DNA of 64,000 nucleotides. Origin: Takakia lepidozioides. Taxonomy: Eukaryota > Plantae > Bryophyta. Both the position numbers and the translations under genes were made by a program. A model generated the notes under the pieces. That model had not been told where the DNA came from and made no database searches. It saw only the letters and a list, made by a program, of their open reading frames with translations. The stretch is from the NCBI GenBank assembly GCA_030704615.1, contig CM060734.1, positions 9,734,001-9,798,000 on the forward strand. The letters are read 5' to 3'. Each line of letters begins with the position of its first letter. Positions within the stretch are counted from its first letter, which is position 1. Shown in pieces: positions 36,246 through 48,640 of the stretch.

Positions 36246-38095
36246 ATGGCGTGTCGGCATCCCAGCAATCGCCCCAACGGGGATCTCACCCCGTTGAACT
36301 TCTCGCCCAGGTCAGGAGAGATTTTCATATTCCTGCAGGATTGGGTAAACGAGTCTCAGCAGAAGCAGGTGAGTTTGACCGCTCTAGAGTACCTTCCTGG
36401 CTTCCACGATGGGCCTCACGGGGATGGGCTTACGCGGCTCTGGTGCTTGCGAATCATCGATCTGGATGTGCCGCCTGCATGCGACATCCCCAAAAGCCGC
36501 ACGGCCTTCCTGTATTATTGGAGGTGCTGCCAGTGGGTCTACGACAATTGCATCGGCGCCACGTACAAGCCGCCGTGAATTCCCTCGCAAACAGTCTATG
36601 GGGACATTCTCATAAGCTACGAGGATGAGTCCTACGGGCACAGAGTTTCCACCGCCAAAATATCCATTTACAATGGCGCGTATATCGGGAGACATGACAC
36701 CATTGTCCACTACAGCAAAGGGGACCGGACTGCATGGATTGTCTTCACCTACCGACACCCAATCAGTCATGAGCTTGTTGAGAGGCCAATCGAGGTTCCA
36801 ACTTCTTGGTGACAACACTGCAACATGGCTGTTGGAGACTTCATTTTCAGGCCAAATGCGCCTTCTTGTCGCCCACCTTCCACGAAAGACTCCACGAATA
36901 TGAGAGTTGGAACCTCGAAGACAGAAATCCGCAATGAAGATAATCCAAAGGCGACGCCATCACTAAAGGTGAGCGAGAACACGGTTGTTCACAACCTCTC
37001 CGACTCAGAGGAGGTCATGGAAGTTCCAAGATCATCCTGGAGATCAGGCAAGTCGTCAATGGACATTAGCGGAGGAGGAAGTCATAATTCCCTCTACGAC
37101 CTCAGCAACTCGATCCATTCTTGATATTCTACGAGGGCTGCACAGGGACGGACACCGCTCCAAGCTGGCTGCGCTGGACTACAGCAAGTTCACAATCAAA
37201 TCAGTAACATATCTTCCCCCAGACGTCGACGACAATCTCATTTTTGAGTTCCCTCCTTGCCCGGACAATAACAGAGCGTCCGGAATGTTGACATGTATGG
37301 ATAGGAAACATGCAGGCACCCTTGGTGCGTGACCAGAACCACCAGCATGAAGATGATCGATGGTGTGCGGGTGCGGTACGTTCTGTGTGTGGGCGCGTTG
37401 CAGTGTTTCTCCTCAATCTGCTTCCACTATAAATCCAAAGGTCACAGAAACGAGACGGATTGGTCAGGCATAACTCCTCAACCCTTCCGAGCTCAAGAGA
37501 AAGTTCCAAACTCCACATTTAAGTGCGCGCATTGCAAAGAACCACCAGTTTGCATGTCTATTTGTAATGCCAAGCAGTACTTTTTGTGCCACCTTTTGCC
37601 AGACCTCACACGAGCTTGCATACACATTGGTGTGCACTGTCACAAATTGGCGAGGGGGAACTCGCGGGAGGCTGCCCAGGAGGCAGAGCAACTCATTCAG
37701 GAGGAGGTCAAGTTGAGACCTGGTGCCAAACCCAAATAGATACAGCTGCAGGCTGCCCACAAGATGGCATTGAGCAGAATAATGTCGGAAGATGGCTCTG
37801 ATAGACTTCCTCTGGATGAGAAGGAAATGGAGGCATTGCTTGAGTCAATGCCCCACGTCTGCTCCCCCAATGTCCGCAACGCATTGTGCCCTGCAAGCAG
37901 AAAATTAGGCGAGGATCGGATATGCAGTCCATTCTGGAGGTGAAGCGACGATGTGGATATGACTATGTTCAGCGGCGTGGAGCTGGTCCACCGGATGACG
38001 AGTGGAGACTTGTCAAACAGTTGGGTCATGTTCGACCATATCATGGCATTACAAATCACCAGTGGGTGACAATGGGTGCACATGTCTACGACACC
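36246..38095 (+). pseudogene. Decayed Mutator-like (MULE) transposase with a GCM/WRKY-type Zn domain, truncated at the start of the catalytic region
   Basis: YLPPDVDDNLIFEFPP, MDRKHAG-HPWCVTRTTS..CVGALQC...C, NETDWSG, CAHCKEPPVCMSIC, RACIHIGVHCH, SPNVRN, NSWVMFDH, WVTMGAHVYD. Matches my recollection of a bryophyte transposase-like family. Several stops and frameshifts. Confidence 0.65.
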
Positions 38096-38189
38096 ACAAC
38101 ATTAGCCTCAGCCTATCGGAAATTGACGAGTTGTAGCACTACCCGAAGGCCTACCCGCACGTCCCCCAACTCCATTTTCCCTTAGTAAG

Positions 38190-38570
38190 ACCGGATGGCC
38201 GTGACGGCCAATCTTTTCCACTTACTCAATTGCCCAAAGGCACTCAAATCGACCCAGTCTCTCGCCTCTTGATTTCGCCCCCTCACATCATTATTCGTTT
38301 TCATAGCGATATAGAAATGCCCAAGGAGTTAGCTCTCTACAGAGCCCGCAAGCGTTTTGAAGATATGAAGATTCCTCTAGGCGATATTCTCTACTCCCCA
38401 GTCACAGCATACACCAAGCGCGGGAGCAAAATCTGGAATGGGCTGCTCAAGGTGGAGCTTCTTCACCCCGCCAAGGATGGTCTAGCGCTGCTCCAGCTCC
38501 AAGGGAACCGAGCCTTCATCGTGACCATGGCTTCCGGTATACAAATGCAAGGTAAAATTGAAAAAGACAT
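38190..38570 (+). mobile_element. Fragment of a bryophyte-type retroelement ORF1-like protein
   Basis: WNGLLKVELLHPAKDGLALL..GNRAFIVTM...GKIEK, recalled from moss repeat-derived proteins. Abrupt ends. Confidence 0.45.
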
Positions 38571-39469
38571 GCCTATTCGCACGGATATAGGTCCAACGGG
38601 AATAGGTACCCTTTCTTCGACCACCCGTCCTCTAGCATTTGCTGACGTGGCCTCCGCTTGGGCTGACATGGCATCCACTCACACTGACATGGCGTGAGCG
38701 TGGGCTCATGCCATGTCATAGTGCGTCAGCCTGTGCTCACGCCACGTCAGCCGCGCGTGAGCGTGCGCTCATCGCTCACGCCGTAGCGTCGCTCCAAAAA
38801 CCTTAAGCGATCCCCTATGGGGTTCGTACATCAGTCGGTGGGAATCCGGAGGCCCCCGTGCCAATTTTTTTTTCCAAAGACATAATGAACAAACTCCATA
38901 GTACTTACGACAGTGAAAAGACCATTGCTAAACAAACTCTTCTCCCCATTCTAAGCACTATGCTTTCCCCTAAATTCGTTGGTATGAAGGCCTAGAGACC
39001 CTGAACTTAGTTATGGGTGTTGTTGGGCGAAATCGATGGTTTTGTTTTTTATTTCGAAGCTATCAAGACCGGGCTATGGGAGTGAAGTTGGAGTGCAAGT
39101 ACTTCAAAACCAAATTGACCAACCAAGATGATGTCGACCACTACGATTTACAACAATTTGCATCTTCTCCTGTCATATTGGCCTATAATCTGGTGTGGAG
39201 TTGGTTGTGTTTTTGTTGTTATCCCTCTGCTGCGTTGAAACATTATTGCTGGATATCTTAAGGTCATTTTCTCTTGTGTGTGCTTGTACAGATTCGTATA
39301 TCAGCCGGTGGGAATCCGGAGGCCCCCGTGCTGAAAAAGTCTTCCAAAGACATAAACAAACTCCGTAGTACTTACGGGGTCAAAGAATTCAGGGAAAAGC
39401 ATGGCGCCTATGATAGGGAGAAGAGCTTATTTATTAGCGGACCACTCAATTTCAACGTCCATTGCCCCT

Positions 39470-40260
39470 CGGATGGAAATACGGGCTGAATTTCCATCCG
39501 GAGGATGAACTCTGGCACTGACGTGGACCCCTAGGATGGAAATTCGGCGCCATATTTCTATCCAGGGGATGGAAAACAGCGCCGAATTTCCATCCATGGA
39601 ATGAAATTTGCACCGATAAAGGAAACAAAAGGGACTGGAGGAAGGAAATTGTATGTTTTCTGGGCGAAGCAGACAACAAAACCACGAAAAATGGGAGTAA
39701 AGGGTTAAAAATGTCCAGAGTGGCACGATCCGACCGTCCTTGGATGGAATTTCGGCGCCATATTTTCATCCGGGGGATGATTTCTGCCAGGCACGTGGAG
39801 GCCTCGGATGGAAATTTGCCGCCATATTTCCATCCGGGGCATGATTTCTGGCAGCCACATTCCAGCCTTGGATGGAAATATGGCGCCATATTTCCATCCG
39901 GGGCATGATTTTTGGCAGCCACATTCCAACCTCGAATGGAAATATGGCGCCATATTTCCATCCGATGGAAATTCGGCGCCGTATTTCCATCCGAGGGGCC
40001 AGGGATGAAGTCCTGGGGGGCGGAGATGGGTGCATGTGGCTGCAAGATTTCATTCCCCGGATGGAAATTCGGCGCCGTATTTCCATCCGAGGGCCTGGAT
40101 GGGTCCTCTTGATGGTGCCAAACTTCATCCCCCGGATGGAAATATGGCGCCGAATTTCCATCTGAGGGGTCTGTGATGAAGTCGTCTTGGGCGGAGTGGG
40201 CTCCACGTGCCTGCCAGAGTTCATCATCCCGAATGGAAATATGGCGTCTTTTTTCGGGCG
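39470..40260. repeat. Right array of the GGATGGAAAT..GGCGCC..ATTTCCATCC palindrome (~11 copies)
   Basis: Same unit and linkers as 34120-35990. Confidence 0.95.
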
Positions 40261-40769
40261 GATGAAGTCATGTCGGGGTATGACTCGGACAGGTGTCGCC
40301 CTAGGCGAGTTCGCAACTTGTCACAGTTATTCCCGGCGGCCCGCATTTATGTTCTGCCGTCTTCCTTTTTGAACCCGGATCGTCCGCACGGATTCCATGC
40401 TAGCTTCCCGGCTACGCCTGGAGCCACTGATGTGACGTGTGGATGAAGTTCCTTTCCCCGAATGCCACAAATCATTATGCGTTTGATTTTACTGTTAGTC
40501 GGACTTATGCCGCGTGGAGAAGGGCGAGGCTCTCCTCAGAAACCCCCCATCGAGGCCGCGGCGCAAACTGAAACCTTTGTACTACGGGTCGCGACCAACG
40601 TCTCGCATGGCCAGACTGAAGCTACAACAAGAGATACCCTTGTCTTGCTCGCAGCCCATGCCAACTGAAGCCGAGCACTCTGAGGTGAGCGCATGTTTCT
40701 TCCGCTTTTTGTAGATGTGTCAGGTGGTATTGTGGCAGTAATGTGTGTTATTAATATATATTTTGTTTG

Positions 40770-40880
40770 AGTCTGCTGGAGGGTCTGCCAGTCCGCTGGA
40801 AGGTTGGAGTCAATCTGCGGGTCTGCCCAGTCCGCTGGAAGGTTGGAGTCAGTCTGCTCGAGGGTCTGCCCAGTCCGCTA
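40770..40880 (+). repeat. ~40-bp tandem repeat (GGGTCTGCCCAGTCCGCTGGAAGGTTGGAGTCA, ~2.5 copies)
   Basis: Direct inspection. Confidence 0.85.
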
Positions 40881-41019
40881 CAAGATCCGCCGCCGTAAAA
40901 GAACAAAGACTTAGGAAAATTTCAGAATCCGGTGGACCCAGAAGATGGGTTTTCCCCCTTGTGAGGGTTGAGGAGGGCTAATCTTCTTGTAGTTGAGCCT
41001 CCATGAGCCTCTCCCACCT

Positions 41020-41130
41020 CCATAGCTCTAGATATTGAGAGGGAGTGTGGTGAGGGCTTTGTAGGGTGGATTCTTTTAGCAAAGGTGTCCTTGGCTTGAC
41101 TTAGTTTATGTGATTGAGTGGATTCATGAG
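41020..41130. repeat. Dispersed LTR-like repeat; copies at ~58405-58510 (direct) and ~46130-46180 (inverted)
   Basis: Shared TAGCAAAGGTG.C.TTGGCTTGACTTA...GAGTGGATTCAT. Confidence 0.7.
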
Positions 41131-44100
41131 TGGAGTGTTTCCATTGTGTTTACTTTCATTATCACTACAAGAAGATCACCTTATGCTTGTGAGTGCGGAG
41201 TATAAGGATTAGTTTTGCACTTGTATGTTAAGGAGTGAAATAAGAATGAACAACAAATTGTAGAGTTTTTCTTCATGAATTAGTGCCAGTCTTTTACCTG
41301 AATAGAGATGCAATCCAACACATCATTTTGTTCTTCGCATGTTTTGATACATTGTTGATACGTTGAAAGCGACGTCGTCTCAAGGACAAGAATGTTCACA
41401 GAGTATGCACAACATGGACTTGTCAAGGACTTTGAGCAGACGCAAAGGGAAGTGGTGAAGCTGCTAGATCATGCTACATTTACGAGTGCTGAGATGAAGC
41501 CGCTCATCAATTCATTCCACGACGTTCAACATCAACGAAGAAAATCCCCAGAAAAGCACTACAGTTGCAACTGCAAGCCTGGTTGGCCTTTGTTGGTGGT
41601 GTTGAGGAGGAAAAAATGTCATCAACAGAATTACAACCGAACCAGGTTTCGATGCACCCTGCTCAAGATGGCCTTGAGAATTCATGGCAGTGCAGAGCTA
41701 AGGTCCGAACTCTTTGCACCGAAGAATGTTTGTTTTCGCAGGAAGCACGATATCAAGGAGAGGGAACCTCTCTCCCGGACTCTCCACCTTTCATAATGGA
41801 TGATTTTTTCTTTCCACGAGCCAACGTTCACTGACTCTTTTTTCATCCATATTGGAGGTTGAGATGGATGAGATATGTCCAAGAATAATGAATGGATGGA
41901 GAACGGATTCCGGTGGATGGATGAAGGGCAGTGGCGCGCATGCTAGCAGCTCTGACACGCCCGTCTCTCTCTCGTTGTCTCTCGTCGTACTGCCTGCCGA
42001 TCATTCTTCTGCAACTTCCTCGCAATCTTAGACGAGTCAAAGATTTTGAATTTGTGGCTGGTTTTAGATTTTTCAAGGAAACGTTGCATCTCACCAGTAT
42101 CGTCCCTCGGCATGTTTTCTTGGGGGGAGATATGGCAACCCTTGCTTGTCTGCCGCTTTCCCTTTATCCGAAGTCCTTAATATGCCCGCAACGCTAGATT
42201 TTTGGTCATGATGTCTTGCACTCGATTTAGTGCGGGGCGGGGGAAGGCGTTTTAGGACTCTGTTTGATTGTTTCTACGCACATCCTTACATTATTGAGAC
42301 ATTGTGTACAGAACTTGTGGCTCTTGTTATGTGTGTCTTTCATGTGTCTGGGAGCTTTTCGCTGCTCTTAGGACGTACTTCCTGATATTCATGTCCAGTG
42401 ACTGTAAGAGCTGCACCGGAGTCGGTACTTCAATCGTATTCGAAGACTTCGCAGGAAAGAGTGATGCTTCAGAGAGAGATGACTCACTCAAGGTTTCAGC
42501 GGGTATCTGATGTAAGAACTGCAATATACGAGGGCTGTGGAGTCGGTACTATGAGATCAAGACCAAAATTTGGCCTATTTTTTCTTGTTGCATGAAGCCC
42601 AAGGACTTTCGGATATGGAGGCTTTGGAACTTTTAGACATTGATTTGGAGGATGATAACCTGTTGGGTACCCCAAGTCCGGAGAATAAGGATGCGGAGTC
42701 TGTCCTAGGCGTGTCTCCACCATCACCTTCCCTCATTGGTGGCAAGAAAAAAAGGTTACCGTCTGGAGAGGAAAACAGTTTAGGTGATATCCAAGGGAGA
42801 GCAAATTATTTGCAAGGGAGAGCGAATAATTTGAAGTGCATTGTTCATTGCTCGCACTATTCCGGTGTGGTATCTACGGTGTTTCTCTGTCTGCGTGCCT
42901 AAGCATTCATAGAGGTTGTTTCGAGAAGCATTTTGTATGACGACTTTGAGAGCATGTTGTGACAACTTCTCAGGCTGTACCGACAGCCTGCGCAATGTTC
43001 ATTGTGTCCTGTCCGAAGGAGGGGAGCATTGCTTCTGGCATGTTGCAGAGTAGGTCACTTTGGAGAGCTGAAAGTTAAGAATTACGAGGCTGAATGAGGT
43101 GTTGAATACTATGATCTTCAATGCCTTCGTGTTCTGCCAGGTGGGCCACTCTAACTGTTATGCCAATTTGTTTTGTATTTTATACAAATAGAGAGGGTAA
43201 GGGGTAGTAGCAGTGGAAGGAAAGCCTTGGGAAGTTTTCTTTGCCTAAAGGGCAAGCCATGGCCTTTCAGGTAAGCATGATGGACTGGATGACTGTGGAG
43301 GGTAGGTGCTCAGAGTATAAGGATTGCTTAGACGGGGAAGAGGCGCTAATTTATGCCAACTGGAGTTGGCATCCGCTGTCTTCATGTTCTGTTGAGGGGC
43401 TAGGCGTTTGATGTGTTGGTCATTATGATGCACAATTTAACTCTGGGAGTTTTTCTTCAGCTGTAAATTGTATTTTGGGAATGAATTGAGCTCTGTTGCT
43501 TGTTGACAAGTAGAGTTTAGGCTTGGTTATTCAGCAAATTGTGCACTTCAGAAAGAGTTTAGCTCCACTTGTATTCATTCATACTTAAGGTAACAAAGTT
43601 TCTTACTCTCACATTCCTTGGTTCCAAATCTCTACCACTTTTGCTTCCTGCGGTAGAGGAGGGAATCTTCAATGATAATTGGCGCATCAAAGCTCTGTGG
43701 AACTTTTGGGTGATCTGCTGTTCAAGGTATGTAATTGTTGCATTTCACAATGTGAATGCAGTTTGCAGGCCTGCACTGTTGAGCTGAAGCAGAACAAAGA
43801 AAGTAACTTTGTAATGTCCACAGGGTGCCGCAAGGGCCCATGAAAAAAGAAATGATCATTTCAGTTAGGGAGTGGAAATTGTAGCTATTTTCCATCTTTT
43901 CAACTGAGTGGTACTGTCATTGGCTGCCTGAGAAAAATACTTGCTAATCTGGCACACAATCTCACAAGGCTTGATGACCTTGGACTGTAGGTGGCAAGAA
44001 CTGAGCAAATCTGCAATCTAAATTTTTGTCTGACAGACCATCTAAACATCAGTGTAGAAGCTAAGCATGTGGGTTATCCTGGCAGCTAGTCACTACATTT

Positions 44101-45659
44101 GGGTTTCCTTATTCCAAGTCCTTCTCCGTTGGCATTCGCTCTGTGTGGTCTATATTCCCACCCAACCTACTTGCACTAGGCCTTCAGTATTTGGGCGATG
44201 TCACAGCCACTAAACAAGACTCAGGCATCAGCTGGTCCGATCGAAATAAATGTTCAATACATGATAGTGATTGTGTTTTGACTGTGGTGAGTTTCTCTCC
44301 TCTTGTGTGGTGCGAATTCAATCAGACTGGGTGGATTTACTTGGTGTGCTTCCACTCTGTCTGAGTTCATGTTTCACATCTTGTGTCCTTATTCCTCATG
44401 TTTCACGCAAACTCCCCCAATATTGACCCATGACAGGGTAATCTACAGCCTAATGTCTTGGGTGTGGGGCATGTAGAACGGCATCTACTCGTGGCTCACA
44501 GGCACCTTCTTTCTATGGCTTTTTCTGGCAATCTATTTTGATAACACACTCCCCGATGTCAATGGTGTGCGCAAGCCGTGGCTCTACTTTCTGTTCCCAT
44601 CTTACTGGAGTGGACCAGGGGCAAAGTCATCTGAAGGTATACTTTCTCTTGTATGTGGCTTTCTGTACTCAAATATTTGCAGTGATTTCAAAACAGCCCA
44701 GAATTGAGTGGATTCTAAAAGAAAACATTTTCCATTCATCACTCTGAAATTTGCTTGGCACGCTTCAGGGGGACATTCTTACAGATGCACAGGCTCTTGT
44801 TCCCCGCATCCAATTAGGGAAGATGCTGATGATCCAGATGTGGCTGCTGAAGTTGAGTTATTCATCACTCTGAAATTTGCATGGCATGCTTCAGGGGGCA
44901 GTTTTTGCAGTTGCACAGGTTCCTTGCCACCGCTTCGAGTGAGGCTGGTCTCGGTGGTGGGTCCTGGGGTAGCCGACTGTCTCAAGGACAACAATGCACC
45001 CGTATGGCTGCTGAGCGATGTGCAATCCACCTCTTCCAACTCCCTCGGGGTACATATTGGATATTCAATTGTGGAATGTGTGGGCTTTAAAACTGAGAAT
45101 TAGCTTTTAGCACACTTGGCCTTAGTTGAAGTACACACTTGGCCGCATTGACCCCAAAGCAAGATGTTCAAAGATTTCTAGCCCAGTAGGGTTTCATTAA
45201 TGTCAGTTTCAGGAAAACGGTAAACTTGTGATTCTTTCAAGCCTACTACCACCATGCCGAATGTCTGTTGTAGGACTTTATGCAGAAATTGTTTTAATGC
45301 TAAATGAACATTAGGGTGAAAAAAGTCTTGACATGACCAAAAACATTATTTATGTCATAAAGGGATGACACAAATTTCACACGTCTTCAATTGGAGCGAT
45401 TATGTGATGTGTGGAGTGTCAAAATGATGTCCAGGTGATGTGCACTAATGTGACATGTAATTTGTCATTTATTCGTGTAGATTTAGTTACAAATTTCACA
45501 CGACAATTGCATTCAACCTTCGTACAAGTATCGTACGAGGCCAATGTACACGGATTCTGTACATTACCGACGTTGAAATCGGACACAACACACTCGTGCA
45601 TTAAGTATACGGAAATAGGGTTTGTCAACAAGTATGGAAGTATAGTAGTGAATTTAACC

Positions 45660-45830
45660 TGTCAGCGACCGCTAGGGAGTCGCTGTTACATTTTTGAACA
45701 AAAGCCCTTAAGCGACCCCCTATGGGTCGATGGTAAAAAACTTCGGGTTTATTTGAAACCCCAATAAAATATTGTTTGAACTGCAAGCGACCCTCAAGGC
45801 GTCGCTGATAGAACCAAAAAAAATTAGAAC
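45660..45830 (-). repeat. Inverted copy of the 28820-29190 AGCGAC hairpin unit
   Basis: The reverse complement matches GGTTCTATCAGCGAC..GTCGCTT.CAGTT.AAACAATATTTTATTGGGGTTTCAAATAAACCCGA. Confidence 0.9.
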
Positions 45831-46369
45831 CAAACACCGCACACAATCTGAAACCATCAAGGTGCTCTGGAATTACGTGTAGCACGGTGCTTTCATCTCT
45901 GAAGCTAAAGATCGAATGCCAAGGTCCACCTACTCGTAACCAGCATCGCCTCCGCTTCTAAGAACCACGAACTTGATGATGCTCCTCGCATCCCAACCTG
46001 ATTTATCTCATTCTCAAGCAAAAACCACAAGTGCTACAACTAACTCGTATCTGGCACTCACAGATACGAGCTCATATTTCTCGAGTGATAAACAAGAAGA
46101 ATACAAGCTCTCTCGAGCTCACAAACTTTGCACATGAAATCATCACTCATATAAAGTCAAGCCAAGTACACCCATGCTATGGGGAATCCATACTACGGCG
46201 CCATGGCTAGGCGTGGTGAGGCTCAACTCGAGAAAGATGAGCCTCCCCGCGCTTGCCGTGAAGATAATCACTCCAGGGCCTAAATCTGCCTTGACCCCTG
46301 GATTGACACTTGGGCCAATCCCAAATGTCAATATGTAAAAGCTAGCTATTTCCTAGCTAGTTTCACACT

Positions 46370-47843
46370 AGTGGTGAAATAACTTGACACCCAGTCCCTA
46401 TCAACCAGACACTCGATCACGATGTTGCCGACACCACAAACCCAAAGCTTCGTGTTATCAGCAATCATAACTGGCCACTTGCCTGAAGCAATCTCCTCAA
46501 GAGTATCGAACCACTCAAGCTTATCCATCATATGCTCAGTAGCACCACCATCCGCATACCAAAGTGTTGTCACTATTGTTGCTAGAATTGTAGGGATCGT
46601 AACAAAGGCAGCATTGTCAAATTCTTTAGAGGCGATGATGTTTGCTTCACTCTTAGATTTCTCATCTTGTTTCTTCTTTTTGCACTCCCTTTCCCAGTGA
46701 CCTTTGCGTGACAATAGTTGCATCTGGTCCTCTTCTTAAGCTCAGCGATTCGTTGGGCACGCATTTTCTCCTCCGTTGTGGTAGCCTTTTGCATGTTGCT
46801 ATTGCTTGGGCGACTAGAGAAAAATGCTTTGTCATGACCTCCTTCCTCATATATGTCATGTATGCGATTGCGACCTTCCTCCTTCAGCAATCGGAGGGTG
46901 AGGTTTTCGATGGTCTGCTGGTCGGCGGGGATGTTGTCCCATGCAGAGGCCAAATGTCTGTAAGTTTGTGGCAAAGTTCCTATGATCTTGATCATGACAG
47001 CTTGGTCTGAAATGGACTCTCCAAGATCATTGAGCTAGTTCGCCATGACCTCAATGGTGCTGATGTGGTCGACAACATTGTCATCAGATTTCATGCGAAA
47101 ATCGAAGAATTTTTGCTGGAGCAGCTGCAGGTTTTCGGTGGCATTCTGCTCATGCACGGTGCAAAGGCGTCGCCACATTTGTTGGGAGGTCCTGCAAGAC
47201 ATCAACTGCTGCAAAAACTTAGTATCCACAGAAGAACAAATGATGGACTGGCAAATATTATCCTTATCAGTCCACTCATCCTCATTCGCTGCATCATCTA
47301 TAATGGCAGTCCCGACAACTATATCAAACAGCTTCTTGGCACGAAGCATGACACTCATCTGAAATTTCCACATGCCGAAGTTCTCTCCGTTGAACTTGCT
47401 AACGTTGATCAGGTCCCGAGCTGGATCATTTCTGGTTCCCATCTCTTGCTTCAAGGTCAGATAGGATAAAAACGACTACTATCGATAAACTAACTATGAC
47501 TCAACGTAAAGTGCTATCAGTGGAAGTCAGAAGTGTCACAGTGGGTACAAATCTACCTATGGAAGCTGCAAAGGCCGTGGGCCCATAACCTATAGAAATT
47601 ACTGACGAGGATAGACTTGCACGAGTCAGGAATGCCACAAGGAACTTGCAAATTCTGATTCAGATCACAAGAACTACATAAAGCTGAACTCACACGTTTT
47701 GCATAGAATGAGATAAGAGTCTAACACAAGATCAAAGACTATATACCTAGCTTCCATACCTTAGCATGAGTAAAGGCAGGAACAAAAAATGAGTACTGTT
47801 CAATGATCAGAGATCGTGCTTGGGGCTATGAGTAATAGTAACA
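46370..47843 (-). mobile_element. 5' part of a Ty1/copia element: probable LTR (~47843-47591), PBS, gag, Zn knuckle, protease
   Basis: KFNGENFGMWKFQM, DHISTIE, CNYCH..GHWEREC (frameshifted), WYADGGATEHM. LTR limit is inferred. Confidence 0.9.
47579..47590 (-). promoter_or_regulatory. Primer binding site GGTTATGGGCCC (half-molecule tRNA-iMet type)
   Basis: Exact motif ~130 bp upstream of gag. Confidence 0.85.
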
Positions 47844-48309
47844 CATACTGGTGTGCCCAGTAAGTGGCGAGTCTTATAAGCGGCGGAGCTAGGAAGTGGA
47901 TCGTGGCTTTTTCTAGAACATGAGTATACTCCATCCGCAACCTAAGACTAAGCCGCTGAAGACAAGAGGATCAAGCTAAAGTAGATCAGAAGATCAAGAC
48001 GTCACCCCACCATGTGCCCCTCCACATTGATACATGTAAGATAAAAACCAACTCAGAATGCACTAAATCTATCAAGGAAATAGGTTCATCCCGCACTTCA
48101 GTATTGGACCCAAGTGTGGAAGACGGAGAACATGTCGCCCACGTAAAATCTGATAGATCAAGTATGGACCATCGATCTTGAGCTTAGCTTTGCATGCATG
48201 CTTACTATGCTACAACCGAACGCACACGGTCTGTCCCACCTGAAATAGGTTAGAAAACTTGACACGCTTGTTAAAATTGCGGGCCTGGGTTAGCTGAGCT
48301 TTACCAATG

Positions 48310-48640
48310 TTCGTCCCCTGAGAGGATCCTCTCTCTGGCACATTTGGAAACTATGTAGAAACACCTTCTCGAAAGAGACAAGCACAATCTCAGCTCTGCT
48401 TTCAAATATTTTCTATGACCTGCAGACTGAGGCCAGGAAGGCGTGGGCAAAAACGTGTGCAGATATGGAGAGGAACGGAAGGAATGCAGCTGCGATCTAT
48501 GAGTCATTCCAAAACACCTGGGGCCGCCAAGGCTTCATATGTTACTCCCCTTGGCAGGAACGATGCATTTGGACCGAGCTCCCTCCTGCAGCATGGCGAG
48601 ATCATCGCGCCCCCTTGCGCACTCCCCAGAGTTTGAGCGT
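48310..48640 (+). mobile_element. LINE ORF2 C-terminal fragment
   Basis: LWHIWKLC...FYDLQTEARKAW...FQNTWGRQGFIC parallels 8800-9015 (LWSIWKARC...FSDMMTEGRKPW...FNLTWAKDCILC). Confidence 0.7.

Noticed and set aside
34120-40260. CRISPR array (regularly spaced ~30-bp palindromes)
   Set aside because: Linkers are homologous to one another and flip orientation rather than being unique spacers. No cas genes; plant nuclear context.
41163-41173. CACTACAAGAA as a CACTA terminus
   Set aside because: No adjacent subterminal repeats, partner end or TSD found.
41380-45300. Possible degraded host gene exons, including a 126-bp duplication at 44735-44900
   Set aside because: No recognisable domain or consistent spliced frame could be built.
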